This document shows, piece after piece, positions 20,021 through 29,349 of a stretch of 42,066 bases of DNA; position 1 is the stretch's first letter, and every line of letters starts with the position of its first letter. The translations under genes and the position numbers were made by a program. This DNA comes from a virus: IMG/VR virus record IMGVR_UViG_3300041964_000076, positions 65,498 through 107,563 of that record. One strand, written 5' to 3'. The notes under the pieces are model-generated. The model worked only from the letters and a program-made list of their open reading frames with translations. It was not told the origin of the DNA and made no database searches.

Positions 20021-21145
20021 GCCGTTGGCTTTGAGACATTAATCACGGCTAAACTTTCTGGTTCTTGAATGACGGCTAGCGCCGTCGCGAAGCCTTGAGC
20101 ATCCATCCCCACGGGTTTCATATTGCTAGAGCGTGCCCGAATCACACGACCGGGGCGATCTTCGCCAACGGCAGTACCGATCGCGTAGTAGCCCAGTGTG
20201 TTTTCCACAATCTCAAACTCACCGCCATCTGTCCCGGTCATGAACTCTTCAGTTCGACCTGTTGCAGCACACAAGACCAACGAGCCGCGTGGCTTAAAGA
20301 ACTGAGTACCGAGTTGAGTTCGATAGGTCGTGTCATAGATCTCCATTGCTGGTAAACCCATGTTTCCTGTCAAATAAGCATTGATGGAAGCGGCATCAGC
20401 TAGACCGACGCGAGACGTTAGCCCGCCATTGTTGATACTCAGCATCCCCACTCGCTGCTTCACAGCAGGGTTGTTAGCAAGCGCTGAGAGAATCTGGGTG
20501 TCGCCGATCATTCGATTGACTTGATAGCCTTTGTCAGCCAGCAATGTCACCTGCTTAAAGATGTCATCAAAGGGATCGTAGGTGCCATCGGTTTCGTACC
20601 AACCTGCGGGGTTGCCGACTGTACCACCTGGTACGGTGATGCGATGCCCATCAGGGTTAGAAATGGCAATATCGTAAGGCTCTTCGTCGAGCTGAGAGAT
20701 GGTGATTGTCGCTTTACACATTGCTTGCCAGCGTTGCGCTTCCGCTTTTTCCACTAGTGCCAAATTGCAAGCGATGTTGAGCCAATTAATCAGCGATCGC
20801 TTGGCAGCGTCAGGATTATCAGCGGCAACTCTGCGGATATTATCAAAATCTTTCCCTGTCAGTTGGCGGGCAATATCAATCTCACCCAGTCTCACAGAGA
20901 AACTACCGATCAATTCGCCCTTTTTTCAGTTGCGGTCTGAGTAACGTGTAGCGTCGTTCGCTACCACACTGAAAGTAAACTATTCGATCTTCAGTAAATT
21001 CGTTTCTCGGTACTAGGCGCTCTGGCAGCAGCGTGGCACCTAAGTAGCGTCTCTGTTCTGTACCGAATTGCACCATTGGATTACGAGCGATCGCCATCGG
21101 CTCATCCGACTCGATCAGTTCACGCATCAAACTCCAAATATCCAT
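20017..21145 (-). CDS. major capsid protein (capsid E-like; frameshifted near 20910-20970)
   Basis: GGAGG RBS; ARNPMVQFG..RRYLGATLLPER...; position after scaffold and decoration genes; about 375 aa. Confidence 0.8.
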
Positions 21146-21159
21146 TGTTTCAAGTCCTC

Positions 21160-21835
21160 CTATGCTTGCCCTTTGAGGCAGTTGTATTTTGCTCGAATCA
21201 AACGTCTTCTGGGCGTTGGGAAGACTTGCCCAATTCGGGTAGAAAGTTTTCGTACACAACGTTGCCAGCTTTCGCCATGTACATTTCGCACTCTGGGTCG
21301 TCAAAAGCGTTATGTACGTCAAAGAACAGCAGATGGATCTCGTCGTCTGGTGTCGTTACATCCGCAGGACCATAACCTATGCCCGCCTCACGTTCGGCAT
21401 AAGTGCGACCAATCAAAGTGCCTGCTTCCACATAGAGCGATCGGCTACCGGATGGGTTATAGCTAGCGCTGTCAGTAGCGACTAAAGCTTGTGGCAAGGC
21501 TTCAACAGCGATCGTGGTTGCGCCTTTCATGGCGTTGGCGGTGAGCTTGGCGTACTTGCCCGCACCTGTGAAGTCAAGGAGCGTACCAGCCGGAATCAGA
21601 ATGCTTGTATTGGTCGTTTCGGCGCGGTTATCGGTTAATGCCGTGACCGTGACCGAGGTTGCATTGGCAGCAGCATTGGCACCAACTGTAACGACGATCG
21701 CATTACTGGACGCAGTAAAAGCAGCAGCATTGAGAAATGCGCCACCGGGACGAGTACTTTAGGTTGATGTTGCGGTGTGCCTGACCATGCAGGCGACACC
21801 CGATCGAATGACTTGGCTAAAACGCGAGGACGCAT
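21160..21835 (-). CDS. head decoration protein (frameshifted)
   Basis: SPAWSG...IPAGTLLDF...VEAGTLIGRTYAER..G.GYGPA...LLFFDV...VYENFLP; lies between scaffold and capsid. Confidence 0.7.
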
Positions 21836-21841
21836 AAAAGA

Positions 21842-21961
21842 ACCCTTTGTGTGGGATAGGGGTTGAATCCTTCCCCTCACAAAGGGTCGGTGGCGCTCAC
21901 GGAGCAAAGTGCTTGGCTACACAGTAACCTTAAGTTTTTGAATACAGTCTCATCTGAGACT
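21842..21961. promoter_or_regulatory. RBS-occluding hairpin and palindromic operator-like site upstream of the head genes
   Basis: ACCCTTTGTG/CACAAAGGGT at 21842-21887; AGTCTCA-TC-TGAGACT at 21946-21961. Confidence 0.5.
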
Positions 21962-21989
21962 AATGTAACCCAAGTTTAGAAAAGCGCAA

Positions 21990-22694
21990 CTATGCTGTTT
22001 TCTTTTTAGGTGGGCCAGTAAAGGTGCTAGCCAAAATGGTGTTAGCGTTAACAGTAGGTTTCTCACTTGATGTCGGTGGCGCTGACGGTGTTCTACGTGG
22101 AGGCTGATCGTTGCCAGTCGGTGCTGCTACTACAGGGAACAAAGCTTTTTCCACCCAACTACCTAACCCTTGAGCGTGTTCTCTTAAAGGCTTTTTATTT
22201 GTTTTCGCCTCATCAAGAACAAAAACATCATTGTCTTCAATCAGGAACCGATCGCTCGGTAGATTAATTAAAGTTGCCAATGCATCGGCATTCGTTCCAA
22301 CTTTGGCAGCAACACGTTGATAAGTTAGACCTTTTTCAAAGTCGTTCATCTTGGCTTCAGTTTCAGCCAGTTTTGTTTCTGCGGTAGTACGCGCTGCTTC
22401 TGCCTCACTCAACTTAGTGGTGAGATCTTTTATCTTGCTCAGTTTCTCTTCAACTGTCTCGCCTTCTGCCACGTTTGACACTGTTTCTTCAAGCAGCTTT
22501 TGAAGTTGCTCAAACTTTTGTTGCAGCTTCTTTTTCTCGTTTAAGATTTCAGCCTTATGAGTTAGAACGGCTGTGCGCTCCTCTTCAAGCGGCTTCAGTT
22601 TGCCAATTTCACTACTTACAGCAGCATAAATATCGGCACGGTTAGGCAAAGCATCACAGTTTTGAATCGCGGCAAGAGCGGCTTGAAGATCCAT
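21990..22694 (-). CDS. capsid scaffolding protein
   Basis: coiled-coil, charged, Pro-rich C-terminus; upstream of decoration and capsid genes. Confidence 0.65.
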   Translation of the reverse strand: MDLQAALAAIQNCDALPNRADIYAAVSSEIGKLKPLEEERTAVLTHKAEILNEKKKLQQKFEQLQKLLEETVSNVAEGETVEEKLSKIKDLTTKLSEAEAARTTAETKLAETEAKMNDFEKGLTYQRVAAKVGTNADALATLINLPSDRFLIEDNDVFVLDEAKTNKKPLREHAQGLGSWVEKALFPVVAAPTGNDQPPRRTPSAPPTSSEKPTVNANTILASTFTGPPKKKTA

Positions 22695-22774
22695 GTGTCG
22701 GGTAAGTTGTCAAGAGCTATAGCAATATTATGCCCTAAGCGCTATGAGATGGCGATCTTAAGCGCGATCGCTTG

Positions 22775-23161
22775 TTAAGTCCAGCGATCGTATAACCTTT
22801 CGCCTTCCAAGTAAAATTCACGTTGACCAGTTCTGACTAAACTCACTATCCAAGCCGATGAATCTTCATGATTTATGGCTTCTAATTCACGGGTCACAGA
22901 ATCAGGAATGCCACCAGGAATACTTTTCCCGTACTCTAAAAGATGGGCTTTGGCTTCAGCGTTTCTTTCTTCTTGCCATGTTTTAATCTTCGCTTTGACA
23001 GTGTCGCCATCCAAACTGAAGCGATCGGCGAGATGTTGAATGAGCCATATCTTAGCATCTTCATTTGTTAAAGTTGGTGCTTTCTCTGGCTTGGATGGTA
23101 GCCCAAAACCCTCCTCTCTTAACACTTCACTAGCTAGGCTTGGCTCAGGGGTGTCGTTCAT
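22775..23161 (-). CDS. hypothetical protein
   Basis: 128-aa ORF. Confidence 0.65.
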   Translation of the reverse strand: MNDTPEPSLASEVLREEGFGLPSKPEKAPTLTNEDAKIWLIQHLADRFSLDGDTVKAKIKTWQEERNAEAKAHLLEYGKSIPGGIPDSVTRELEAINHEDSSAWIVSLVRTGQREFYLEGERLYDRWT

Positions 23162-23163
23162 TG

Positions 23164-23244
23164 CTAACCTGCTAAAAGATTGCTGCTATCAATATTAAGC
23201 GATCGCGGTTTCTTCCAGACCACAAGACAACGGCATCGGGGCAA
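23164..23244 (-). pseudogene. stranded 3' end of the gpF-like gene
   Basis: translates LPRCRCLVVWKKPRSLNIDSSNLLAG* versus the current gpF end CKCRISWRRSLINLSTNK*. Confidence 0.65.
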
Positions 23245-23245
23245 C

Positions 23246-24025
23246 TTAAGCCGCCCATGACTTACCACAAGCAGGACATATATAACGCTGGTTACCTTGC
23301 CTGTCTTTTGAATGCTTGTATGGAGCAAGGTTAGTGTTGCAGTGGTTGGTAGGCGTGTTTATCTCTCTAAACTTAACAGGCTCGGTAAAAGCTTTGTCAA
23401 GATCCCAACCATACCTATCAATTCGGCTCAAAAGCGTCCCCAAAGGAATACCAGTTTCATCTGCCCAGTCTGATGCGGCTTGTGTTCTACCATCCCAAGT
23501 CAACATTCTAGTTGTAGACCTGTTTCTGGCTTGCCTAGACCAAGTAGCCCACCGACAGTTAGACGGCTCGTAATCTCCATTACTATCAATCCTGTCCAAG
23601 GTCAACCCGTTAGGCGCTTCACCCATGTCAGTCAAAAAGTTTTCAAAACTGCGAAACCAGCGATCGCAAACCTTGATACCTTTACCGCCATACAAATGCC
23701 AGAAATCACGGTCAGGGTTGTAACATCTTGTCAGCATTCCTTGGTAGATTCTGTAAGTACGAGTAACAGAGCTCTGACTGGTGTGCCCATGTGTAATTCT
23801 CTTTTTGTTCAAGAGCGGAGTAACGCATCCGCAGCTTTTGACTGCACCACTAAGTAGATTGCTGCTAGCTACTTGCGTTGTCTTCCCGCAATCGCACAAG
23901 CATTCCCAATAGTGCGATCGTGCCTTTATGTCTGTCCTCACTCCAACGTGTCGAACAGCCGTCAAAATTCCAAACTTTTGCCCAAGGACATTTTTTACCC
24001 GTTTAGGCAATGTAAGATCATTCAT
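23246..24025 (-). CDS. HNH homing endonuclease with C-terminal Zn ribbon
   Basis: WECLCDCG, KSCGC, RCYNP...YGGKGIKVCDRW..FENFL.DMG...TLDRIDSNGDYEPSNCRWAT..QARN; QRYICPACGK. Confidence 0.9.
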   Translation of the reverse strand: MNDLTLPKRVKNVLGQKFGILTAVRHVGVRTDIKARSHYWECLCDCGKTTQVASSNLLSGAVKSCGCVTPLLNKKRITHGHTSQSSVTRTYRIYQGMLTRCYNPDRDFWHLYGGKGIKVCDRWFRSFENFLTDMGEAPNGLTLDRIDSNGDYEPSNCRWATWSRQARNRSTTRMLTWDGRTQAASDWADETGIPLGTLLSRIDRYGWDLDKAFTEPVKFREINTPTNHCNTNLAPYKHSKDRQGNQRYICPACGKSWAA

Positions 24026-24105
24026 AGCTCACCTACTGATACTAGGATGTAGTTAGGCGCTAAAGAAGATTCGCTGTCTTCTTTAGCGCTGCTATTAATA
24101 TTTTA
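24026..24105 (-). promoter_or_regulatory. -10 box plus hairpin leader of HNH gene
   Basis: TAAAAT 24105-24100; 13-bp perfect stem 24057-24089; CTAAC...AGGTGAGCTATG. Confidence 0.55.
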
Positions 24106-24107
24106 AG

Positions 24108-24767
24108 CTATTTATTCGTTGAAAGGTTGATCAAAGATCGCCTCCAGGATATTCGGCATTTGCAGTTCGACCTACACGAACAGTCCGCCCCAGTCGGCTT
24201 TACATCTTGCGCTGGAATCCATTGCCCTTTAGTGTCGTACTCTATGCATTCCTGGCAATGCTGCGCGGCTGCGTCTAACGATCTTAGGGCTTGAAAATTA
24301 TCTCTAATCCGTGTCACTTTCTCAGCTTGATGGAATGATAGGGCAGTCGATCGCCCATACTGTGATGCTCTCGCCAAAGCTTGCTTCTCGGTAACTTCTC
24401 CTCTGGCTAAAGCCTGTGCAAACTGGTCGATCGCCTGATACTCTTTCGCCAACCTACTACCGACAAAACCATACTGCTGCTGGGTCATCTGGAGCTTGCC
24501 ACCACTGCCCATAAGGGCTTGCCTTAAGTGGCTACTCTTGACGCTAGCTGCCATCCGTTCTTGCCATTCAGAGAGGCTGATTTTGCCCGATGCCATCAAC
24601 CGTGTGTGCCCTTGCAGTTGGAGCGCTGTGCGCTGTGCCTCTGTGTCAACGACTTGCAGGACGGTGGCGCGATCGACAAAGCGTTTACTCTGAGCGTTGC
24701 GGAATTGCCCTAGAGTCTTGACGTATTCCAGTGTCGTGCGAGTGCCACCAATGAGTTGTGCTGTCAT
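24108..24767 (-). CDS. minor head morphogenesis protein (Mu gpF/SPP1 gp7-like)
   Basis: downstream of portal; HCQEC...PTGADCSCRSNCKC C-terminal motif. Confidence 0.7.
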   Translation of the reverse strand: MTAQLIGGTRTTLEYVKTLGQFRNAQSKRFVDRATVLQVVDTEAQRTALQLQGHTRLMASGKISLSEWQERMAASVKSSHLRQALMGSGGKLQMTQQQYGFVGSRLAKEYQAIDQFAQALARGEVTEKQALARASQYGRSTALSFHQAEKVTRIRDNFQALRSLDAAAQHCQECIEYDTKGQWIPAQDVKPTGADCSCRSNCKCRISWRRSLINLSTNK

Positions 24768-24958
24768 CCCGTTGACTTGTCTATAGAGTCTCTAAAAGCT
24801 TTTGCCATAGCCCTCATTTGATCTAACGATACTGGGCTAGCGCTGCTACTTTCACGCCTGCCCAATTCAGCCTTGTAAGCCAAAAGATCTTGCATTGGAT
24901 TGCCCTTTTGCTTCCCCCAATCTTGATGACTGGCACCGCTCTTATTTTTCTTGCTCAT
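24764..24958 (-). CDS. small hypothetical protein
   Basis: MSKKNKSG...; ATGA-coupled to the gpF-like gene. Confidence 0.45.
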   Translation of the reverse strand: MSKKNKSGASHQDWGKQKGNPMQDLLAYKAELGRRESSSASPVSLDQMRAMAKAFRDSIDKSTG

Positions 24959-24962
24959 ATTT

Positions 24963-25142
24963 TCACCGATTCGCCGCATCAATATATTTCACAATCTCTT
25001 TGTCGCCTTCAGCGATCGCCCGGTTCACGTCGCCCTGAGTTAGGACAACTTCACCGCGATCGTTAGTCGCCTGCGTCTCTGCGATTGAGATAGGCTTGCC
25101 AACCGGTTTGATTGTTGGCTGTGGTTCCGGTTGTTCCGCCAT
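24963..25142 (-). CDS. 59-aa hypothetical protein (MAEQPEPQPTIKPVG...)
   Basis: open frame translated by hand; below the ORF-track cutoff. Confidence 0.5.
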   Translation of the reverse strand: MAEQPEPQPTIKPVGKPISIAETQATNDRGEVVLTQGDVNRAIAEGDKEIVKYIDAANR

Positions 25143-25509
25143 TGTTCGTCACAAAATGATTAAAAGAATATTGCACCGCAGATGCCCACGGTGTTTCTGG
25201 AAGGCAGCAGGCAACCTTAAACTCTTCGCTGGGGTCGATCAGAAGATCAATGCTTCCATACGATGACATTTTCATTGACGGGTCATGCACTGACCAACCA
25301 CGATCAGCGGCGCTATTAAGGCACAAAATCAGGTAAGTACCCCAACCCAAAAGTAGCGAGCTAGGGTATTTGCCATAACGATTGTTGAAAGCAAAGACAG
25401 CATCGTGAATTTCTTTCTCGATCGCTTTATCTACTTTGTAATTGCCTCTAGCAAAAATGTCAGAGGCTAAGTTTTCAGCCATAACTTCGTCAGGTGATCT
25501 GTGTTCCAT
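25063..25509 (-). CDS. hypothetical accessory protein
   Basis: 148-aa ORF starting inside a direct repeat. Confidence 0.6.
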   Translation of the reverse strand: MEHRSPDEVMAENLASDIFARGNYKVDKAIEKEIHDAVFAFNNRYGKYPSSLLLGWGTYLILCLNSAADRGWSVHDPSMKMSSYGSIDLLIDPSEEFKVACCLPETPWASAVQYSFNHFVTNNGGTTGTTANNQTGWQAYLNRRDAGD

Positions 25510-25811
25510 TGTTGTCAGGGTTCAGTTTGTTGGTTCAGTTTGTTGGCTGTGGTTCGTTTGGCATTAGGGATACTCTGGTAGTGGCATCCATGCGATCGCG
25601 TCGATTTCCCAGTCGCGATCGTCTGGTACAAAGCCATTGGGATATTTTGCAAAACCCAGTTCAAAATAGCCAGAGACGCATTTCACTTTTTCACCATCGC
25701 GATATGCAATCAAAACTCTTTGGAGCGTCTCAGGGCTTCGATCTTCTACAGGTATCCATTTGTGTTTAGTTGTTTCCGGCTGCTGTTGTTCCATTGTTAT
25801 CAGGGTTCAGT
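25502..25811. repeat. 25-bp direct repeats flanking the DUF551 gene
   Basis: TGTTCCATTGTT(A/G)TCAGGGTTCAGT at 25502-25526 and 25787-25811. Confidence 0.85.
25564..25794 (-). CDS. DUF551-family protein
   Basis: WIPVEDRSPE...VLIAY...AWMPLPEYP. Confidence 0.8.
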   Translation of the reverse strand: MEQQQPETTKHKWIPVEDRSPETLQRVLIAYRDGEKVKCVSGYFELGFAKYPNGFVPDDRDWEIDAIAWMPLPEYP

Positions 25812-27367
25812 GGTAGGTTTGGATCGACTGTCGCTCTTGTGCCTTGCGGAACGATGCCTAACCTTTCCAGCATGGCGATCGCGCTTTCATTGTCCTGCAT
25901 TCCCAATGTAGTTAGCGTCGAAGCGATCGCTAGTGCGTTATCTTCCATCGCCTCGGCTTTACGAAGTTGCTGTTCGGCATCTGGATCTTCGATTCCAGTT
26001 GCACTCATGGCTGTTGTTCTTGCTTTTAAACCACCCTCAAAATCCTTCCTGTTTTGCTCTAACTCTTCTGGCAATGGCTTCGACGTACTCAGGCGCAACT
26101 GTACCGCCACGTCTAAGCCTTCATAGGCTTCTGGATTATCCACCATCAGCATCAGGGCAGCGCCGAGAATCCCACCGATCGCGCTTTGTACCGTATTTCG
26201 ATGCTCCTCTAGCGTTGTATCAAAGTCCTGTCGGCTTTGTACTCTGGCAATACCACTCATGTTGAGATCAGTGGCTAACAAATGCCCCTGCCCCATCTGG
26301 TGATAAATGATGGAGGTGGCGAGAACGTGCGATCGCTCAAACGTTTCAACGTTCACAGGCTCTCGATAATTTACCGAGGGGTTAGAGTAGCCCGTTATAT
26401 TATCTTCAGCATCAAAGTTCGGTGTGCCCTGGATAAAGGCAGTCTGACCCACACCGATCTTAAAGTTATTGTCAGGCACGAAAGTCTTAACACCATTCAC
26501 ATCATCCCAGTGCCCCGGTGGTTGAGCGCCCAGGATGATTCGCTCTAAGAACCCTGCCTGTTCCAGATTCCGCATGAGCATCGTGAGGACAAAGTTAGCA
26601 GCGCTCTGCGCGTCTCTCGCTGATTGAGTGATTAATGATGGCGCTGACATTTTATAAACGGTGTAGCGTCCGCCTAGATTCAAGCGGATCTCTTCATCAT
26701 CTAAAAGCTGTTTCTCATTTGAGTCTAGAGTTTGGATTACAGTCTCACCTGTTGCTTCATCTATAGACTGAGACTCAATATAGTCAACGTTGTCTACCTG
26801 ATAACGGTAATAAATCTTCTCTAAAAATTTGTCTTTATCGTAGATGAACTCAATCGCTCCAATATCCGGTGAATGAATAGCAACACGCCTGATCGGGTCT
26901 TTAGCCTCCTTAAACTTCTCAGGTGTCCAGATTCTCAGGTATGCCGTATCTGTTACTGCTAAATCTTTGACCGCTTTCTTGAATGGATCACCCATATCTG
27001 CTTCTTGGGTTTGACTCAAAGACTGGATGCGATCGATCCACCTCTGTATCAATAACTCGGCTTCAGTTGCCGCTGAGTTTGGCGCTGCTTCATCGCCTTC
27101 TTCCGGCTCAGTCTCCACCCGATCGCCACTGGCATCCTTAAAAAACCAGTTAGGGAAGCGACCAATGAGCGCACGTACATGGCGATCGATGCAGTTGCGG
27201 ATCAGGTTGTTGGTTTGAAAAACCCGCTCGATTGCCGCATTAAACTCTTGAGCGTTAGGTTCGTTCTCGTCAACCTTGGGGCCAATCCAAAAATCCCAAT
27301 GATCGCCGTTATATAAATCTAGATTCTCTTGTCTCCAGTCCTTCCGCCAATACTTTTTTGCCTTCAT
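25766..27367 (-). CDS. portal protein
   Basis: 533 aa directly after terL; LDLYNGDHW...NLIRNCIDRHV..LIG N-terminus. Confidence 0.8.
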   Translation of the reverse strand: MKAKKYWRKDWRQENLDLYNGDHWDFWIGPKVDENEPNAQEFNAAIERVFQTNNLIRNCIDRHVRALIGRFPNWFFKDASGDRVETEPEEGDEAAPNSAATEAELLIQRWIDRIQSLSQTQEADMGDPFKKAVKDLAVTDTAYLRIWTPEKFKEAKDPIRRVAIHSPDIGAIEFIYDKDKFLEKIYYRYQVDNVDYIESQSIDEATGETVIQTLDSNEKQLLDDEEIRLNLGGRYTVYKMSAPSLITQSARDAQSAANFVLTMLMRNLEQAGFLERIILGAQPPGHWDDVNGVKTFVPDNNFKIGVGQTAFIQGTPNFDAEDNITGYSNPSVNYREPVNVETFERSHVLATSIIYHQMGQGHLLATDLNMSGIARVQSRQDFDTTLEEHRNTVQSAIGGILGAALMLMVDNPEAYEGLDVAVQLRLSTSKPLPEELEQNRKDFEGGLKARTTAMSATGIEDPDAEQQLRKAEAMEDNALAIASTLTTLGMQDNESAIAMLERLGIVPQGTRATVDPNLPLNPDNNGTTAAGNN

Positions 27368-27387
27368 GATGTAATTTTACTCTGGTG

Positions 27388-28844
27388 CTAATAAGTGGCG
27401 TAAGAAACAGCGGCGATCGGTCTGTTAATACGTTGCGTTTTGATTGGTAGTAGTTTGGCAATGAAATAGCCCGCGCTATCTGGTAGATGGTCAAAACCTT
27501 TCGACTTGTCAGGTTCGCCATTCTTCCAGCCTTGTTTTTCTAGCGCTTCTACATAGGGTTCGCAGGCAGCAATATTCACTAAATATGGTCGATCGCTGTT
27601 AGGGTTACAAAAAGCTGTATTCATGGCATTGATGCGATCTTTAACTGCTGGGTTGGAACCATCAACAACAACCTTAAACCCTGCCTGTCTGAGCATAGCA
27701 ACATCAGAAGATGCAGCATTGGTTGATTTGCGGCTTTGTCCTGAAGCGTCAGGGTAAATCGAGATTAAAGACAAATGCTGTGGGTAGCGTTTCTTGATTG
27801 CAGCAATCATGGCAGGCGTGTCTTCAATGCCTGTCAAAACATCAACAGCACGGGGTTGATTGTTGCGAAGGACGTGAACAACAGCATTCATGTTTGTCAC
27901 GTTAAAGTCCATACCAATATGCAAGCGATCGCCCATCTGCACAGAATCCGTGCAAGCATTTAAAGTGCGATCGAAGCGATGGTAAACCAAGTCGCCATTC
28001 TGCTTCTTCTTGGGAATGCAGCCAAGCTCTTCATCAGCAGCGTCACCATAATCTTGGTACATCTGCGATCGCCATGCAAGCTCACCTTCCAATGTCCAAG
28101 GTTGATTCTGCACTAAGCAGATGCGTTGATAGAATCCTTCTGAGAGCGCATCATCTAAAGAAACACGATGATGACTATAATGGCGCTCACCCGTCCTGAT
28201 CGCTTCAATCAACTTGTTAAAATCATTGTCTTCGCCATCATGAGTACTCCAAATACCGACCGAACCACCCCACATCACAACTGCTAAAGCTGCTTTAACC
28301 AGTTCAGCTAAATCTTCATGAAAAGCCGCTTCATCAATCCGTAAGCGTCCCTTCTTAGATCTCAGGTTGGCAGGTCTGGAAGACAATGCGGCAACCTTGT
28401 AACCGCTCAAAAATGAATGGTGTAGGTGAAGATATTTCTACCGTTCTCTTCAATTACGGACTCTTCAAAATCGCTCACACTTAACTGATAAGCTTTCGCC
28501 CAGTACGCTACATCCTTGATGTACTGCTGCGCCATCTCAATGTTATAGCCAATATAAAAAGTATCTACACCGTTTATTTTGGCTGCTTCCAGTGCAGAGT
28601 CGGCGGCATCTGCCCAGCTAAAACCAATCCGGCGTGACTTCTCTGCAATTTTAATTAGGCTCTGATCGGCTAGCCACCGACGCTGGTACGGCAGGAGCAT
28701 CGGCGGGCTGGATGCCCAAAAGGTGTGCTCTAATCGCTGCTGCTGTTTCCTCAGAGAGTCCAGGTCTAATCCGTCGATCGTCGCGATCGGGGATGACTCC
28801 TGCAAATACTTCTGTAATCCCTTCTCTAGCGTTGCCCACTTCAT
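27388..28844 (-). CDS. terL: terminase large subunit (single indel near 28410; intact in the right-hand copy)
   Basis: LLPYQ, EKSRRIGFSW, IDEAAFH, IGMDFNV, YPDASG, DHLPDSAGY. Confidence 0.92.
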
Positions 28845-29298
28845 CGCTTACAGCCTGTACTAACCATCTTGGTAGAACACCCGCTTCTGAAAGTGTATGA
28901 ACAGCCTCAAGGATGTCTAGGGGCTTGCCTAACACCCGCTCGATCGCCCATTTGGGAATACCGACTGGCACTCTTTGAGTGATTTCTTTCTCGTAAGGTT
29001 CACCAGTCCGCGCATTGATACCCGTTTCTTTGGTATAAGTGACTCGCTCCATACGCCCAAAAAGGTAATCAGCAAAAGCCTTTTTAGCTTGCCTTACTAA
29101 TGTTTCAGGGCACGTATCACGATATTCATCCTTAGCTCTAGAAACGGACTCGGAAAACTCGGAGTAGCGTTTCATCCACTCGTAAAAAGTGTCTTCACTA
29201 ATCTTGCCTGCTTGCCACCCTGCACGGTCTGATCCAGACTGAGCGATCGCGTCAATAATTGTCTGAACTCTTTCAGGCGTGTACTTAGATTTAGCCAT
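28651..29298 (-). CDS. terS: terminase small subunit
   Basis: N-terminal HTH (KYTPE...ISEDTFYEWMK...EFSE), C-terminal GLSEETAAAIRAHLLGI; overlaps terL. Confidence 0.75.
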   Translation of the reverse strand: MAKSKYTPERVQTIIDAIAQSGSDRAGWQAGKISEDTFYEWMKRYSEFSESVSRAKDEYRDTCPETLVRQAKKAFADYLFGRMERVTYTKETGINARTGEPYEKEITQRVPVGIPKWAIERVLGKPLDILEAVHTLSEAGVLPRWLVQAVSDEVGNAREGITEVFAGVIPDRDDRRIRPGLSEETAAAIRAHLLGIQPADAPAVPASVASRSEPN

Positions 29299-29349
29299 TT
29301 AACCTTAGAAGCCGCATTATCCAATCATGCCCTAGATACAAGCTTTGCG

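Noticed and set aside
3424-28844. Many frameshifted genes (thyX, integrase, capsid, terL) as pseudogenes or programmed frameshifts
   Set aside because: The terL indel is absent from the second copy and the terS/portal indels are absent from the first, so indels are mostly sequencing errors
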